Assembly: GCF_963921235.1 (NCBI RefSeq)
Contig: NC_086097.1
Coordinates: forward strand, 169,014,001-169,078,000
Length of the DNA: 64,000 bases
DNA from: Mobula hypostoma
Taxonomy: Eukaryota
Direction: 5' to 3'
The position numbers and the translations under genes are program-made. Within the stretch, counting starts at the first letter, position 1. Every line of letters begins with the position of its first letter. The notes under the pieces were generated by a model that saw only the letters and a list, made by a program, of their open reading frames with translations, did not search any database and was not told the DNA's origin. Of the stretch, positions 36,893-49,552 are shown piece after piece.

Positions 36893-38035
36893 AGTTCAAA
36901 GTTCAAAGTAAATTTATTATCATAGTGCAAACTGTATATGTCACTGTATACAACGCTGAGATTCATTTTTTTCCGGGCATACTCAGTAAATCCAAGAACC
37001 ATCATCGAATTAATGAAATACTGCACCCAACATGACGGACAAAAAACCAATATGCAAAAAACTGTGCGAATACAAAAGAAAATAATAAATATACGAACAA
37101 ACATTGAGAACATGAGATGAAGAGTCCTTGAAAGTGAGGCCATGGGTTGTGGAAACAGTTCAGTGATGGGGGCAAATGAAGCTGTGTGACACTATCCCCA
37201 CTGGTTCCAGAGCCTGATAGTTGAGGGGCAATAACTGTTCCTGAACCTAGTGGTATGAGTCCTGAGGCTTCTGTACCTTCTTCCTGATAGCAACAGTGAC
37301 AAGAGAGCATGGACTGGGTGGTGAGGGTCCTCAATCATGGATGCTGTTTTCCTGTGTAGATGGTGGGAAGGGCTTTACTCATGATGGACTGCGCTGTATC
37401 CACTATTTGTTGTAGCATTTTCTGTTCAAGGGCATTGGTGTTTCATACCAAGCCATGAAGCAACCATCAATATGTTCTCCACTACACATCTATAGAGTTC
37501 AGGGTTAACGACCCTGAATGGTAAGCAAAACAGGTATGGAAACAGCAATGAAGATCTTTCTACATCTGAATGGAATGAAATTCCTGAATCTCCACCTGGA
37601 AATTACACGAGTAACAATATGAAAACTGAGCTACTGACACAATGAAGCAAACCCTTCACTGTGATCGCCAGAGATGACGGACCTTCATTGCTGCCCAAAA
37701 TGCCAGAGGCATAACAGGCAGTAGAGAGTAGTGAGACACACCTATAGAAGTTCGTCAAAGTTATAGATGTCATGCCGAATCTCTGCAGACCTCTAAGGAA
37801 GTAGAGGTGCTGCCTTGCTTTCTTCATAATTGTATTTACATACTGAGTCCAGGATAGGTCCTCTAAAATGATAACACAAAGAAATTTAAAGTTGTTGACC
37901 CTCTCCACCTCTGATCCCTCGAAGAGGACTGGCTCACGGATCTCCATGTTCCTCCTCCTGAAGTCAATGATCAGCTCCTTGGTCTTGCTGACATTGAGTA
38001 AGAGTTGTTTGGCAGCAGTCAGCCAGAATTTCAAT
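36893..38035 (-). mobile_element. Rex1/Babar LINE 3' portion, inside a CR1 3' fragment (about 36755-39450)
   Basis: ORF 37603..38034 (LNVSKTKELIIDFRR, KKARQHLYFLR). Tail tgataataaatttactttgaactttgaac on the minus strand. Confidence 0.85.
37497..37735 (+). mobile_element. Short non-autonomous retroposon, probably RTE-related
   Basis: 13-bp flanking repeat acacatctataga (37484-37496) and acacacctataga (37736-37748). 3' end ttgctgcccaaaatgccagaggcataacaggcagtag... resembles RTE tails (inference). Confidence 0.6.
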
Positions 38036-38352
38036 AATAAAGAGTTTCTTCAATGTCTCTAATGTATCAGCCTCTGCCAACACCACCAGCATTTCACACA
38101 CTTACCACTCTGTGTAAAAAATCTCCTTTTGACAATTCCCCTATACTTCCCTCTAATCTCCTTAAAATCATGCCCTCTTTCCCATTGCTGCACTCTATCC
38201 ATGTCTCTATCAAAGTCACACACATTAAAGTTGCTGGTGAACGCAGCAGGCCAGGCAGCATCTCTAGGAAGAGGTACAGGCGATGTTTCAGGCCGAGGCC
38301 CTTCGTCAGGACTAACTGAAGGAAGAGCTAGTAAGAGATTAGTTTACTCTTA

Positions 38353-39150
38353 GGTAGATGGATAGATATACTTTATTAATCCCAAGGGAAATTTGGTTTC
38401 GTTACAGCCGCACCAACCAAGAATAGAGCGTAAATATAGCAAAACAAAAACCACCAACAAACAACAAAATGCAAACTATGCCAGATGGAAAATAAGTCCA
38501 GGACCAGTCTACTGGCTCAGGGTGTCTGACCCTCCACGGGAGGTGCTGCACGTTCGATGGCCACAGGCAGGAACGACCTCCCGTGCCGCCAAGTGTTGTA
38601 TCGCGGTGGAATGTGGCCGAAGTCCAACAGTAAAAAGTTCAATATCCAGTCTGCAAACACGTTCCTCGATCGTAATATGCCCCGGATTGCACCATCCGTT
38701 GTTAACCAGATCAGTAAGCACCCAACTCCTTTACGCTTACCGCTCTCAGTGCACTTCCGGTCAGCCAGAACGGTATTACCCACCGAACTCCTGTTCTCCA
38801 TAAGTCCCTGTTGTCTCGACCCGGTCCTCTTTCCTTGACTTTGTGAACCCCCTCCGCATCCTCTGTGTTTTTCTCCGGATTTCAGCTCGCTAAACCAGTC
38901 GGCATTAGCTGGTTTCTGGAATACACAATGCAACCTTGCTTCTGTCCCGCGTGTTGGGATGTAACCATTTCCAGCGCTAAAAAAGACCCAAATAAAACTC
39001 TCTCTACCAGCATGTTAAAGAGGGTGCAGCTTCGACGTGTTACCGTGAGAAAAAAAATACAAAAAATAACGTAAATTAAAAAGTAAGAAGAGAGTAAGAA
39101 TAGATCGGAACGGCTGTACCAGGCTGCATGCACAACCGGCGCATGCGCAC
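38353..39150 (-). mobile_element. Internally deleted Rex1/Babar LINE (5' end plus EN fragment fused to the extreme 3' end)
   Basis: EN fragment VNNGWCNPGHITIEERVCRLDIELFTVGLRP is joined to the C-terminal RYNTWRHGRSFLPVAI. 3' tail aatttcccttgggattaataaagtatatctatc. Confidence 0.75.
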
Positions 39151-39179
39151 TAATAGCTCTTACTAGCTCTTCCTTCAGT

Positions 39180-39217
39180 TAGTCCTGACGAAGGGTCTCA
39201 GCCTGAAACGTCGACTG
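39180..39217 (+). ncRNA. Minimal type-I hammerhead ribozyme motif (predicted)
   Basis: Stem I TAGTC/GACTG, core CTGACGA 39185-39191, stem II AGG...CCT, GAAA 39205-39208, GTC triplet 39210-39212. Stem III is only the palindrome ACGT. Confidence 0.75.
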
Positions 39218-40278
39218 TACCTCTTCCTAGAGATGCTGCCTGGCCTGCTGTGTTCACCAGCAACTTTGATGTGTGTTGCTTGAATTTCCAGCATCTGCAG
39301 AATTCCTGGTTGTTTGCTCTATCAAGTCACCTGTCATTTTCCTTCACTCAAAGAGAAAAGCTCTAGCTTGCTCAACCTTTTCTCATAAGATGTGATCTCT
39401 AATCAAGAGAGAATCCGGCAAATCTTTTCTGAATATCCTCTTCTATTGAATGGGCTACAATGTAATCTCATCAGTGATTGCACTTTTTCTATTTTTGACC
39501 TCTATCCATATTTTCTCAGTGGATTGGCCCTCCAATAATGATGTAAATAATTATACTCTAGAGACATCTGTGAAATTAAAACTACAAAAAATTGAACACA
39601 AATTTGATAAGTGGCAAATTAATATGTTTCAAGACATGTTTCGTGCAGACATGCAGAACTAATGCCATTAGGCATCTTCACAGTTCACAATGAAACAATT
39701 TGGTTACAGGTAACAATAAGAAAAAAAATGAGTTTACTTAATCTACTTTTTTTTAATCTTTCCTTGGGGTACACACTAGCGTATTGATCAAGCAGTTATT
39801 TTAAAAATTTCCCCTTGATAAGGCTACTTTAAATAAGGGGTTTAGATAAATTTATGCACCAAATCATTTTCTTCAAACTGGACAAACCAGGAAATTCCTT
39901 TTTTTATGGTGCCAGATTATAAATTTACAAGAAATTTAGCTTTAAATGTTTATCTATGAGTTTAATTTTGTGGAGCTGGAACTTCTTTTGTTTTTTTTCT
40001 CACTATTTTAAATGCACGTGTATGTTTTGCACCTTGGCCGCCGAGGAAGGCTGTCGTATTTGGCTATGTCCATGTATGGTTGAATGATAACTAAACCTGA
40101 TTTGATTTGATTTGATTTGGATGTCGCAATTAAAGCAGATCAAAGTTTTTAAGAATAAAGAATTTAATTATGTCATGTCAATAACGGCATTGTATTCCGT
40201 ACCTTTTGTCATCCATGTGAGTAAAAAACTTCCATTTATTCTTGTGTTTCTAGGTAAAGCAAATGGCCATAATTAACT

Positions 40279-40510
40279 CAAACACGAGGAAATCTGCAAA
40301 TGCTGGAAAGTCAAGCAACACACACAAAATGCTGGTGGAACACAGCAAGCCAGGCAGCATCTATAGGAAGAGGTACAATCGACGTTTCGGGCCGAGACCC
40401 TTCGTTGGACTTCATTAGTCCTGACGAAGGGTCTCGGCCCGAAACGTTGACTGTACCTCTTCCTATAGATGCTGCCTGGCCTTCTGCGTTCCACCAGCAT
40501 TTTGTGTGTG
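40279..40510. mobile_element. 232-bp palindromic PLE-derived element with two opposed hammerhead motifs
   Basis: Arms about 40319-40411 and 40417-40510 with a 5-nt spacer. 15-bp TSD tggccataatt(a/g)act at 40264-40278 and 40511-40525. Confidence 0.9.
40416..40453 (+). ncRNA. Minimal type-I hammerhead ribozyme motif (predicted)
   Basis: TAGTC-CTGACGA(40421-40427)-AGGGTCTCGGCCC-GAAA(40441-40444)-C-GTT-GACTG; GUU cleavage triplet. Confidence 0.7.
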
Positions 40511-40614
40511 TGGCCATAATTGACTAGAACTTTTGGAAAAATTCTGGCATTCATCAGGACAGGCATCATTACATTGTACTAATGCCTAGCAGTGAAACCT
40601 GAACTTGGGGTTGT

Positions 40615-41115
40615 TCTTCAATTACACTAGGTGACCTACCACCAAATCTGCCCAGTTCACCAAGGACTCATCGTTTCCTTCCATCAAATCCATCTTCCTG
40701 GTGCATTCCTTCAGTAAGGCTAATAATATCATTAAGAATGCCTGCCACTCTGGCCATTCTCTTTGTTCCCTTTGATCTTCTGGGATAAGATATAAAAGCT
40801 TCAAAGCCAGGATGACCAGATTCAAGAACAGCTTCTTCCCCACTACTACCTGATGTGATTCTGAACCAATCACATCTTTCACATCCCCTTCCCAGTGGCA
40901 GTCTTAGAAACTTAATTCTACCTCTCTCAGTTATTCCAGTATTGCCTCAAATCAGATTACTGCACAATCTTTACACTACTCTGTTGTTTTGCAATTACTG
41001 CTGTTTTTATCGTTGTATTTATTATTGCCATGTGCACTGATTACTCTGTGGGCTGTATGCAAGTAAGGAAGTTCACTGCATTCTGGCATACCTGACAATA
41101 AACTAATCTGATCTG
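40615..41115 (+). mobile_element. Old Rex1-type 3' fragment
   Basis: accagattcaagaacagcttcttcccc (TRFKNSFFP) and tail tgacaataaactaatctgatctg. Confidence 0.6.
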
Positions 41116-41134
41116 TTGGGATATGCAACAGTAA

Positions 41135-41935
41135 TAATAAGACCACAAAAGATAGCAGCAGAATTATGCCATTTGGCTCATTGAGTCTGCTCCGCCATTT
41201 CATCATGTCCAATCCACTTTCCCTCTCAACCCCATTCTCCTGTCTTCTCCCCATAACCTTTCATGTTTTAACTAATCAAAACCATATAACCTCCGCCTTA
41301 AATACATGCTGTCTGTTTCAACGAATCCCACAGATTCACCACCCTCTGGCTAAAGAAATTCCACCTCATCTCTGTTCTAAATGGTCATTCCTCTATTCTG
41401 AGGTTGTGCCCTCCAGTCCTGGACTCCACCACTATAGGAAAAATCCTCTCCACATCCACTCTATCTAGTCCTTTCAACATTCAATAGGTTTAAATGAGAT
41501 CTCCCTTAAATTTTTCTAAATTCCAGCATTTACAGACCCAGAGCTATCAAATGCTCCTCATATGATAACCCTTTCATTCTTACAATCATTTAAATGAACC
41601 TCCTCTGAACCCTCTCCAATGTCAGCACATCCTTTCTTATTTAAGGGGTCCAAAACCCCCTCATGTCGTTTAACCCACCAGCTGAAGTGGTGTACCGGGA
41701 TATGCCACTTGGAGGCAGTTATGAAAGGTTTAGGAGATGGAAGAGGACTAGTGATGCCCATCTACCCAACTAAGTAGACTGCAGCTGCCAAACATCACAG
41801 GTACTACCTCTATCCACAGACTTCTACACCTATAATACCATGGGCTCTTATCTTGCTAAGCAGCCTCACGTACGTTGTCAAAGGCCTTCTGAAACCCAAA
41901 ATCTACCGATTCTCCATTGTCTATTTTGCTTGTTG
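41135..41935 (-). mobile_element. CR1 3' fragments
   Basis: Inverted CR1 tail and C-terminal RT sequence similar to 45197-45900 and 60050-60600. Confidence 0.75.
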
Positions 41936-41949
41936 AAACAATAGTCATT

Positions 41950-42152
41950 GTTCCTTTTTGCACCTTGTGGAACATTGAGCAGCAGTTTTGCCATTTCTGT
42001 AGCACTTGATTGCTTTTGTTTTATGAGGCCAAGTTGCTAGCTCGACACTCAACCCAACACGGATGGAAAGCATTCAAGGAGCTGACTGGATTTGAACTGG
42101 GGACCATTTGCCTTGAAGTCTAATGCTGATGCCACTACTCCACTGATTGGCT
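41950..42152 (-). mobile_element. tRNA-derived SINE related to 25408-25699
   Basis: Minus strand: A-box-like TGGAGTAGTGG, B-box AGTTCAAATCC, then gctttccatccgtgttgggttgagtgtcgagctagcaacttggcctcataaaa, shared with 25497-25548. Confidence 0.65.
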
Positions 42153-42164
42153 AAAACAATAGTG

Positions 42165-45100
42165 ATTCATAGTGAGAATGAGGAGGTGATAGACAGGAGC
42201 TATAAGGAGGTGGTCACCCCTAGGTTGCGGGAGATGGGTAACTGGGTGATGGTCAGGGGAAGTAAGGGAAATGCACAGCTAATGCAGAGTACACCTGTTG
42301 CCAGTCCCCTCAACAATAAGTAGATAACTCTAGATACTATTGAGGGGGGACAACCTATCGGGAGAGAGCCACAGTGACCGGGTCTCTCACACTGAGTCTG
42401 GTACTTTGGTTCAAAAGAGTGGAGAGGTGAAGAAAACTGCAGCAGATTCTTTAGTCAGAGGAACAAAGATGAGGTTCTGTGGGCATGATAGAAACATCTG
42501 GATGGTATGTTGCCTCCCTGCTGCCAGGATCAGAGATGTCTTGGATCATGTCCATGGCATCCTCAAAGGTGAGTGCGAGCAGCCAGAAGTCTTGGTACAT
42601 ATTGGCACCAATAACATTGGTAGACAGGGTGAGGAAGTCCTGAAGTGGCATTTTAGGCAGAAAGCTGAGAAACAGGACCTTCAGGGTAGTAATCTCTGGA
42701 TTGCTGCCTGTGTCATGTGTCATGTGCCAGTGAGGGTAAGAATAGGATGAACTGGCAGGTGAATGCATGGCTGAGGAACTGATGCAGGGGCAGGGGTTTA
42801 GATTTATCGATCATTGGGATCTCTTCAGGGGAAGGTAAGACCCACACAAAAGGGATGGGTTACACCAAAATGGAGGGGGTCCAATATCCTTGCGGGCAGG
42901 TTGGCTAGAGTTGTTCAGGTAGGTTTAAACTAATTTGGCAGGGGAATGGGAACCAGAGTGGTGGTGCTGAAGATGAGATAGTTGGGGGTACAAACAGAGG
43001 CAATGTGTAGTGAGACTCCTAGCAAGGACAGGTTGATGATAGGGCAAAATTGCAGTCAACAGGGTGAGTTGTAACATAAAATGCGGACAAAATCAAAAAG
43101 GGTGAATACATGACAGAGGGTGTTACATTTGAATTAGCACAGTGTACAGAATAAGGTTGATGAACTTGTAGCACAGTTACAGATAAGCAAGTATAATGTT
43201 ATAGGCATTACTGAATCAGGCTGAAAGAAGATTATAGCTAGGAGCTTAATGTCCAAGGATACACATTGTATTGAAAGGATAGGCAGGAAGGCAGATGAGG
43301 AGGGGTTGCTCTGTTGGTAAAAAATGAAATTAAGTCATTAGAAAGAGGTGACATAGGGTCAAAATGCGTTGAATCATTGTGGATAGAGCTAAGGAACTGC
43401 AAAGGTAAAGAGACACTGAAGGGAGTTATATACAGATCCCCAAACAGTAGTAAGGATGTGGTCTATAAGTTACAACAGGAGATAGAAAATACATGCCAAA
43501 AGGGCAATGTTACAATAGTCACAGGGGATTTCAATATGAAGGTGGATTGGGAAAATCAGGTTGGAGCTGGATCCTAAGAGAGGCAATTTCTAGAATACCT
43601 ACAAGAAGGCTTTTTAGAGCAGCTCATGGTTGAATCAATGAAGTGGTCAGCTACTCTGGATTGGGTGTTGTACAATGAACTGAGCTTGATTAGAGAGCTT
43701 AAGGTAAAAGAATTAGGGGCAAGTGATCATAATATGATTGATTTCACCCTGAAATTTGAGAAGGAGACGCTCTCTCTTCCTCCCACAGGCAGTCAGACTG
43801 CTAAATAGCTGCTCTACCTGACTCTGCTTTGGACACTCTTAACTTGCACTGGACACTTATAACTGATTTTAACTGACATGTGGCTGTTGTGTTTTACTAT
43901 TTATTGTTATGTTTATTATTTAGTGTTGCGTTTATTATGTTACGATTGCACTGCTCCTGAGAAACGCTGTCTCATTCTGCCCTGCAGAGCTGATGTATGG
44001 TTAGAATGACAATAAAGTTTTTTGAATCTTTGAATCTTTGAATCTAGAGTCAGATCTATTTACAGAGTAGTAAAGGGGATTACAGAGGCATGAGAAAGGA
44101 GCTGGCAGGAATTGATTGTAAAAGAACACTGGCAGGGATGACGGTAGCGCAGCAATGGCTGAATTTTCTAAACAATTTGGAAGGCACAGGATATATACAT
44201 CCCAAAGAGGAAGAAGTATTCTAAAGGCAAGATGACACAACCATGGCTAACAAGGGAAGTCAAAGCCAACATAAAAGCCAAAGAGAGGGCATAAAATACA
44301 GCAAAAATTGGTTGGAAGGTCTGAAGGTAGATAAGGCACCTGGATCACATGGTGTACACCCCTGAGTTCTGAAAGAAGTGGCTGAATAGATTGTGGAGGC
44401 ATCAGTAATGATCTTTCAAGAATGGCTAGATTGTGGCATGGTCCCGGAAGAATGGAAAATTGCAAAAGTCACTCAACTCTTCAAGAAGGGAGAGTGGGAC
44501 AAGAACAGAAGTTATTGGCCAGTTAGTCTGACCTCAGTGGTTGGGAGATATTGACTCATTATTAAGGATGAGATATCAAGGTATTTGGAGGAGCATGATA
44601 AACTAGGCTGTAGTCAGCATGGTTTCCTCAAGGGAAAATCTTGCCTGACAAATCTGTTGGAATTCTTTGAAGAAATAACAAGCAGGATAGACAAAGGAGA
44701 TTCAGTTGATGTTTTATACTTGGAATTTCAGAAGGCCTTTGATATGGTGCCATATATGAGGCTGCTTAACAAGCTATGAGCCCATGATGTTACAGGAAAG
44801 ATTATAGCATGGACAAAGCAGTGGCTGATTGAAAGGAGGCAGAGTGGGAATAAAGGGTGCCCTTTCTCATTGACTGCTGGTGAATAGTGATACTCCATGG
44901 AGGTGTGTGTTGGGACCAATTCTTCTTACGTTATAGGTTAACGATCTCAATGATGGAGTTGATTGCTTTGTTGCAAAGTTTGCAGATAATACAAAGATAG
45001 GTGGAGGGGCAGATAGTCTTGAGAAAGTATAGAGAATGCAGAAGGACTTAGACAGATTAGGAGAATGGGCAAAGAAATGGCAGATAGATACAGTGTCAGG

Positions 45101-47160
45101 AAGTTTATGGTCAAGCACTTTAGTGGACGAAATGGAAGGGTTGACTATTTCCTAAATGGAGAGAAATTACAAAAATCTGAGGTGCAAAGGGATTTAGAGC
45201 ATAAGATACAGGAGCAGAATTAGGCCATTTAATCCATTGAGTCTGCTCTACATTTTCATCATGGCTGATCTAATTTTTCTCTGAGCCCCAGTCTCCTGCC
45301 TTCTTCCCCTGTCCCATCATGCCCTGAACAATCATGAATCTACCAACCTATGACTTAAATTTACATAAAGACTTGGCGTCCACAGCTGCCTGTGGCAAAG
45401 AATTCCCCAGATTCGCCACTCTCTGGCTAAAGAATTTGCTCATCTCCATTCTAAAAGGATGCCTCTCTATTCTAAGACTGTGTCCTTTGGTCTTGGACTC
45501 TCCACCATAGGAAACATTCTCTCCACATTCACTATATCAAGGTCCTTCACCATTCTATAGATTTCAATGAGGTCACCCCTCATTCTCTGAATTCCAGTGA
45601 ATACAGGCCCAGAAACATCAAACGTTCTTCATATGACAAGCCATTCAATCCCGGAATCATTTTTGTGAACCTCCTTTGAACCCTCTCCAGTTTTAGCAGA
45701 TGCTTTCTAAGATAAGGGGCCCAAACCTGCTTACAATACTCCAAGTGAGGCCTCACCAGTGCTTTATAAAGTTTCAACATTACATCCTTGCTTTTAAATA
45801 CTAGTCCTCTTGAAATGAATGCTATCATTGCATTTACCTTCCTCACCACATACTCAACCTGCAACTTAACCTTTAGGGAATCCTGCACAAAGACTCCCAA
45901 GTCTCTTTGCACCTTTGTTTTTTGTTTTTTCTTTCCATTTAGAAAATAATCAACCTTTTCATTTCTTCTACTAAAGTGCATAACCATACACTTCCCAACA
46001 CTATTCCATGTGCTGTTTCTTTGCCCATTCTTCTCATTTGTCCTTCTGTAGCCTCTCTACTTCCTCAAGACTACCTGCCCCTCCAACTTTCTTCATATTG
46101 TCTGCAAACTTTGCAACAAAGCCTTCAATTCCATCATCTAAATCAGTGATATATAACATAAAAAAGATCGGTCCCAAAACAGCACTGTGGAACACCACTA
46201 GTCACTGGCAGCCAGTCAGAAAAGGCGCCCTCATTATTCCCATTCTTTGTCTCCTCCCAAGCAGCCACTGCTTTATCCATGCTACAATCTTTCCTGTAAT
46301 ACCATGGGCTCATAGCTTGTTAAACAGCCTCATCTGTGACACCTTGTCAAAGGTCTTCTGAAAATCCAAGTACACAACATCAACCGATTCTCCTTTATCT
46401 ATCCAACTTGTTACTTCTTCAAAGAATTCCAACAGCTTTGTCAGGCAAGATTTTCTCTTGAGGAAACCATGCTTACCACAGCCTATTTTATCATTGTGCA
46501 AGATTCCCTAAAGGTTAATTTGCAGGTTGAGTCTGTGATGAGAAAGGCAAATGCAATGTTAGCATTCATTTCAAGAGGATTGGAATATAAAAGCAATGAT
46601 GTAATGTTGAAACTTTAAAAGGCACTGGTGAGGCCTCACTTGGAGTATTGTGAGCAGGTTTGGGCCCCTTATCTTAGAAAGGATGTGCTGAAATTGGAGA
46701 GAGTTCAAAGGAGGTTCACAAAAATATTTCCAAGATCAAACGGCTTGTCATATGAAGACCGTTTGACACTCTGGGCTTGTATTCACTGGGATTCAGAAGA
46801 ATGAGGGCTGCCTTAATTGAAACTTATCAAATGGTGAAAGGTCTTGATAGAGTGGATGTGGAGAGGATGTTTCCTATGGTGGGAGAGTCTAAAACCAGAG
46901 GACACACCCTCAGAATAGAGGGTGGTGTACTTGTGGAATTCATTGCCCCAGGCAACTGTGGAGGCCAAGTCTTTTTATTTAGGGAAAAGGTTGATAGATT
47001 CTTGATTGGTCAGGGCATGAAGAGATACAGGGAGTGGGGGGTGGGGGTGGAGGCAGGAGATTGGGACTGAGAAGAAAAATAAATCAGCCATGATGAAATG
47101 GCAGAGGACACTCAATAGGCCATATGGCTTAACTCCTATAGTTTATGGTCTTATGGTCTT
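42165..47160 (+). mobile_element. Near full-length decayed CR1 (ORF1 esterase, EN, RT, 3' UTR) with two insertions
   Basis: HIGTNN (42340..42750), GVIYRSP/GDFN (43314..43577), SCLTNLLEFF (44585..44779), 3' tail ttatggtcttatggtctt. Interrupted by a Rex1-type tail (about 43772-44045) and an inverted CR1. Confidence 0.88.
45197..46494 (-). mobile_element. CR1 3' portion inserted in inverted orientation into a similar CR1
   Basis: ORFs 46310..46501 and 45580..45987. Host reading gtgcaaagggattt...ttgtgcaagattcc resumes at about 46495. Confidence 0.85.
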
Positions 47161-48869
47161 ACTTCAAAGATGAGCAACTGCAAAGGTCAAAATAAAGCAT
47201 TAATTACAAATTTTCCATTAATTGACTTCAGTTAAATATTTTAATTGCTTGTAAGTGTTTAATTGTTCCATTTAAAAAAAATATTTTACATGCTTTAATT
47301 GGTTCATTGAATTTAAGTGTTTTTGGATGTTTCAGAATATCAGATATTCATAGGAGGCTAAAACTGGGTGTGGCTCTGATCCTTTGCGGCTCTGATCCTT
47401 CACAGCAAAACTTGTTCTAGCCTGCAAATGAGACAGAAATACATTGTCTCTATATCACTGAGAATCAGAATGGCTTTGGATATCAAGTCAATTCCAGTGA
47501 GTCTAGAAAAGATAAAGTAATGTTTCCCATGTGGGTCGGTGGCAAGCATACACATACAACACATTGCTGGCAACAATGTAGACATTGATACAAAAGTTGT
47601 ATCAAAAACATGAAATTACTTTTGAATAGACAAATCTTCTTTCCTTATTAGTTTATCTTCACATGATAATTAACACTGCAGGTTTCATTCCAATACAATA
47701 TGAACAGAAAATAATGATTACATCTTAAAAAAGTTTCTTCCAATTTAGGATCACTTCGTTATTCAGGTAATGTGCTTTTCAATAAACCCAGCAATAACAC
47801 TCTACTACACACCTTGCAGAACGAACATGGGAATTATTTTTAAGCCAGTGTCTGTGGCTGAACAAATAATCATCCAGGTATTTAGATTTTCATTCCTGCA
47901 AACTTGCTTAGCATAGAAATGGGACGTCGGCCCAGGAGAATGAGGTAATGTCTAGCTTTTAAGCCAAGCTGTGGAACTGGTAAGACAGTGCGAGTAAACA
48001 TTGTCCTACAGATGACAAAATTTATTTCAACTACAACTCAAATAAAGACTCAATTATACATTTACTTGTGCAGTTTCCTGCTTACATCAACTAACACAAT
48101 TTTCATAATTTGTATTACGTAATTTCACATCACAATGAAATCACATCTACTGAAATACGTAATTGAACTATTAAGTCTGGGAGATAATATGACATGAACA
48201 TAATAAAAAGCTTGTTCTTTCTGGTTAATGCAAATATCAATATAAACATTTTTCAGTCCAAAAAAAATGCCCATTCTTGGTAGCATATGCTTCAAGCTTC
48301 ATAAATTAATTTAATTGACAGTGGTAATGCAAGCTTAAATGATGACCATCATAAAAATTCAAAAACTTGCAATACTGGAAATATAAAATAAATACAGAAA
48401 ATTATGGAAACATTCAGCTGGTCTACCAACATCTGTGGAAAGAGCAACCAAGTAAATAATTCAGATTAGAGCCTCTCTGTCACTAGCATGAACAGGGATC
48501 ATCTTAGCCAAAGTAGAAACAATTTTCATCAGATTCAGATAAATAGACAAGGACATATGGTTTCCAGTATTGATCACTGCATAGCTAAGAAAACAGAGTT
48601 AACAAAGGCTTTCTTGCTCTATTCCCCTCCCACCATCTCCTTTTCAGTTTAGAAGCTCAAGCCATTTATATAATACAAATGGTCTGAGGCCAAGATCAAT
48701 TGATTGAGCAATATTTACAAATTTTTGCTTCAGATGACTAAGAATTGCTTTCTGCATTTGGCTGCCAATATATGTACTACATATGTTCTTTCAAATGGCA
48801 GACTTCAATGATGGCAATGAATGCAAATTCAATGCCATCATCCCTTCAAAATAATCAATAAGCTTTGAG

Positions 48870-49402
48870 ACCTTGGTCTTAATACCTCCTTGCGGATTTG
48901 GATCCTCAATTTCCTCACTTGCAGACCCCAGTCAATTCAGATCCCCATCACTGAGCACATCTACATGGAGTATTGTCACAGGAAAGAAGCATCCATCATT
49001 AGGGGCCCCCACCACTGAGGACATGCTGTCTTCTCACTGCTGTAATCAGGAAGCTGGTACAGGAGCCTCAGAACTCACACCACCAGGTTCAGAGACAGTT
49101 ATTAACCCTTAGCCGTCAGGCTCTTGAACCAAAGGCAATAAGTTCACTCAACTTCACTTGCCCCATCATTGAAATGTTCCCACAACATATGGACTGAATT
49201 TCAAGAAATCTTCATTTCATGTTCTCAATATTTATTGCTTATTTATTTATTATAGTTTCTTTCTTTTTGTACAGTATTTGCACAGTTTGTTGTATTTTGC
49301 ACACTGGCTGAATGTCCAAGTTAGAGCAGTCCTTCATTAATTCAATTATGGTTATTACTCCATTCTGATAACTTTAACAATAAATTTACTTTGAACTTTG
49401 AA
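48870..49402 (+). mobile_element. Rex1/Babar 3' fragments
   Basis: Similar to 36893-37480 on the opposite strand; tail aataaatttactttgaactttgaa. Confidence 0.7.
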
Positions 49403-49552
49403 TTATTCAGAAATAAAAGTCATCACTCTCCAGCTACTATTTTATTGCAAAACAGAGGAGTTAAGAGGGTGAGAAGGGAAATTCCAGAAAGAAAGGTGGA
49501 GTGGGGGGAGAGTAATCTGATAGAGAGAGGGAGATGTATAATGGGAGAGATA

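Larger units (their letters stand above)
38220..39316. mobile_element. Head-to-head pair of PLE terminal repeats with hammerhead motifs; Rex1 derivative in the centre
   Basis: Left arm about 38220-38340 (minus) is the reverse complement of right arm about 39157-39277 (plus). Flanking repeat ctctatcaa(a)gtcac at 38205-38219 and 39317-39330. Confidence 0.85.

Noticed and set aside
40279..40510. DNA-transposon MITE
   Set aside because: The arms are unequal, the same sequence occurs singly after PLE ORF ends, and the 15-bp TSD fits retrotransposition rather than Tc1 or hAT.
47810..48010. Possible exons in the unique region on either strand
   Set aside because: Most AG/GT-bounded frames contain stops; the open ones are short or have weak acceptors and no recognisable product.
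48355..48490. Additional hammerhead copy (minus), and a similar remnant near 26690-26790
   Set aside because: Flanking sequence resembles the PLE terminal repeat but the core is too degraded to call.
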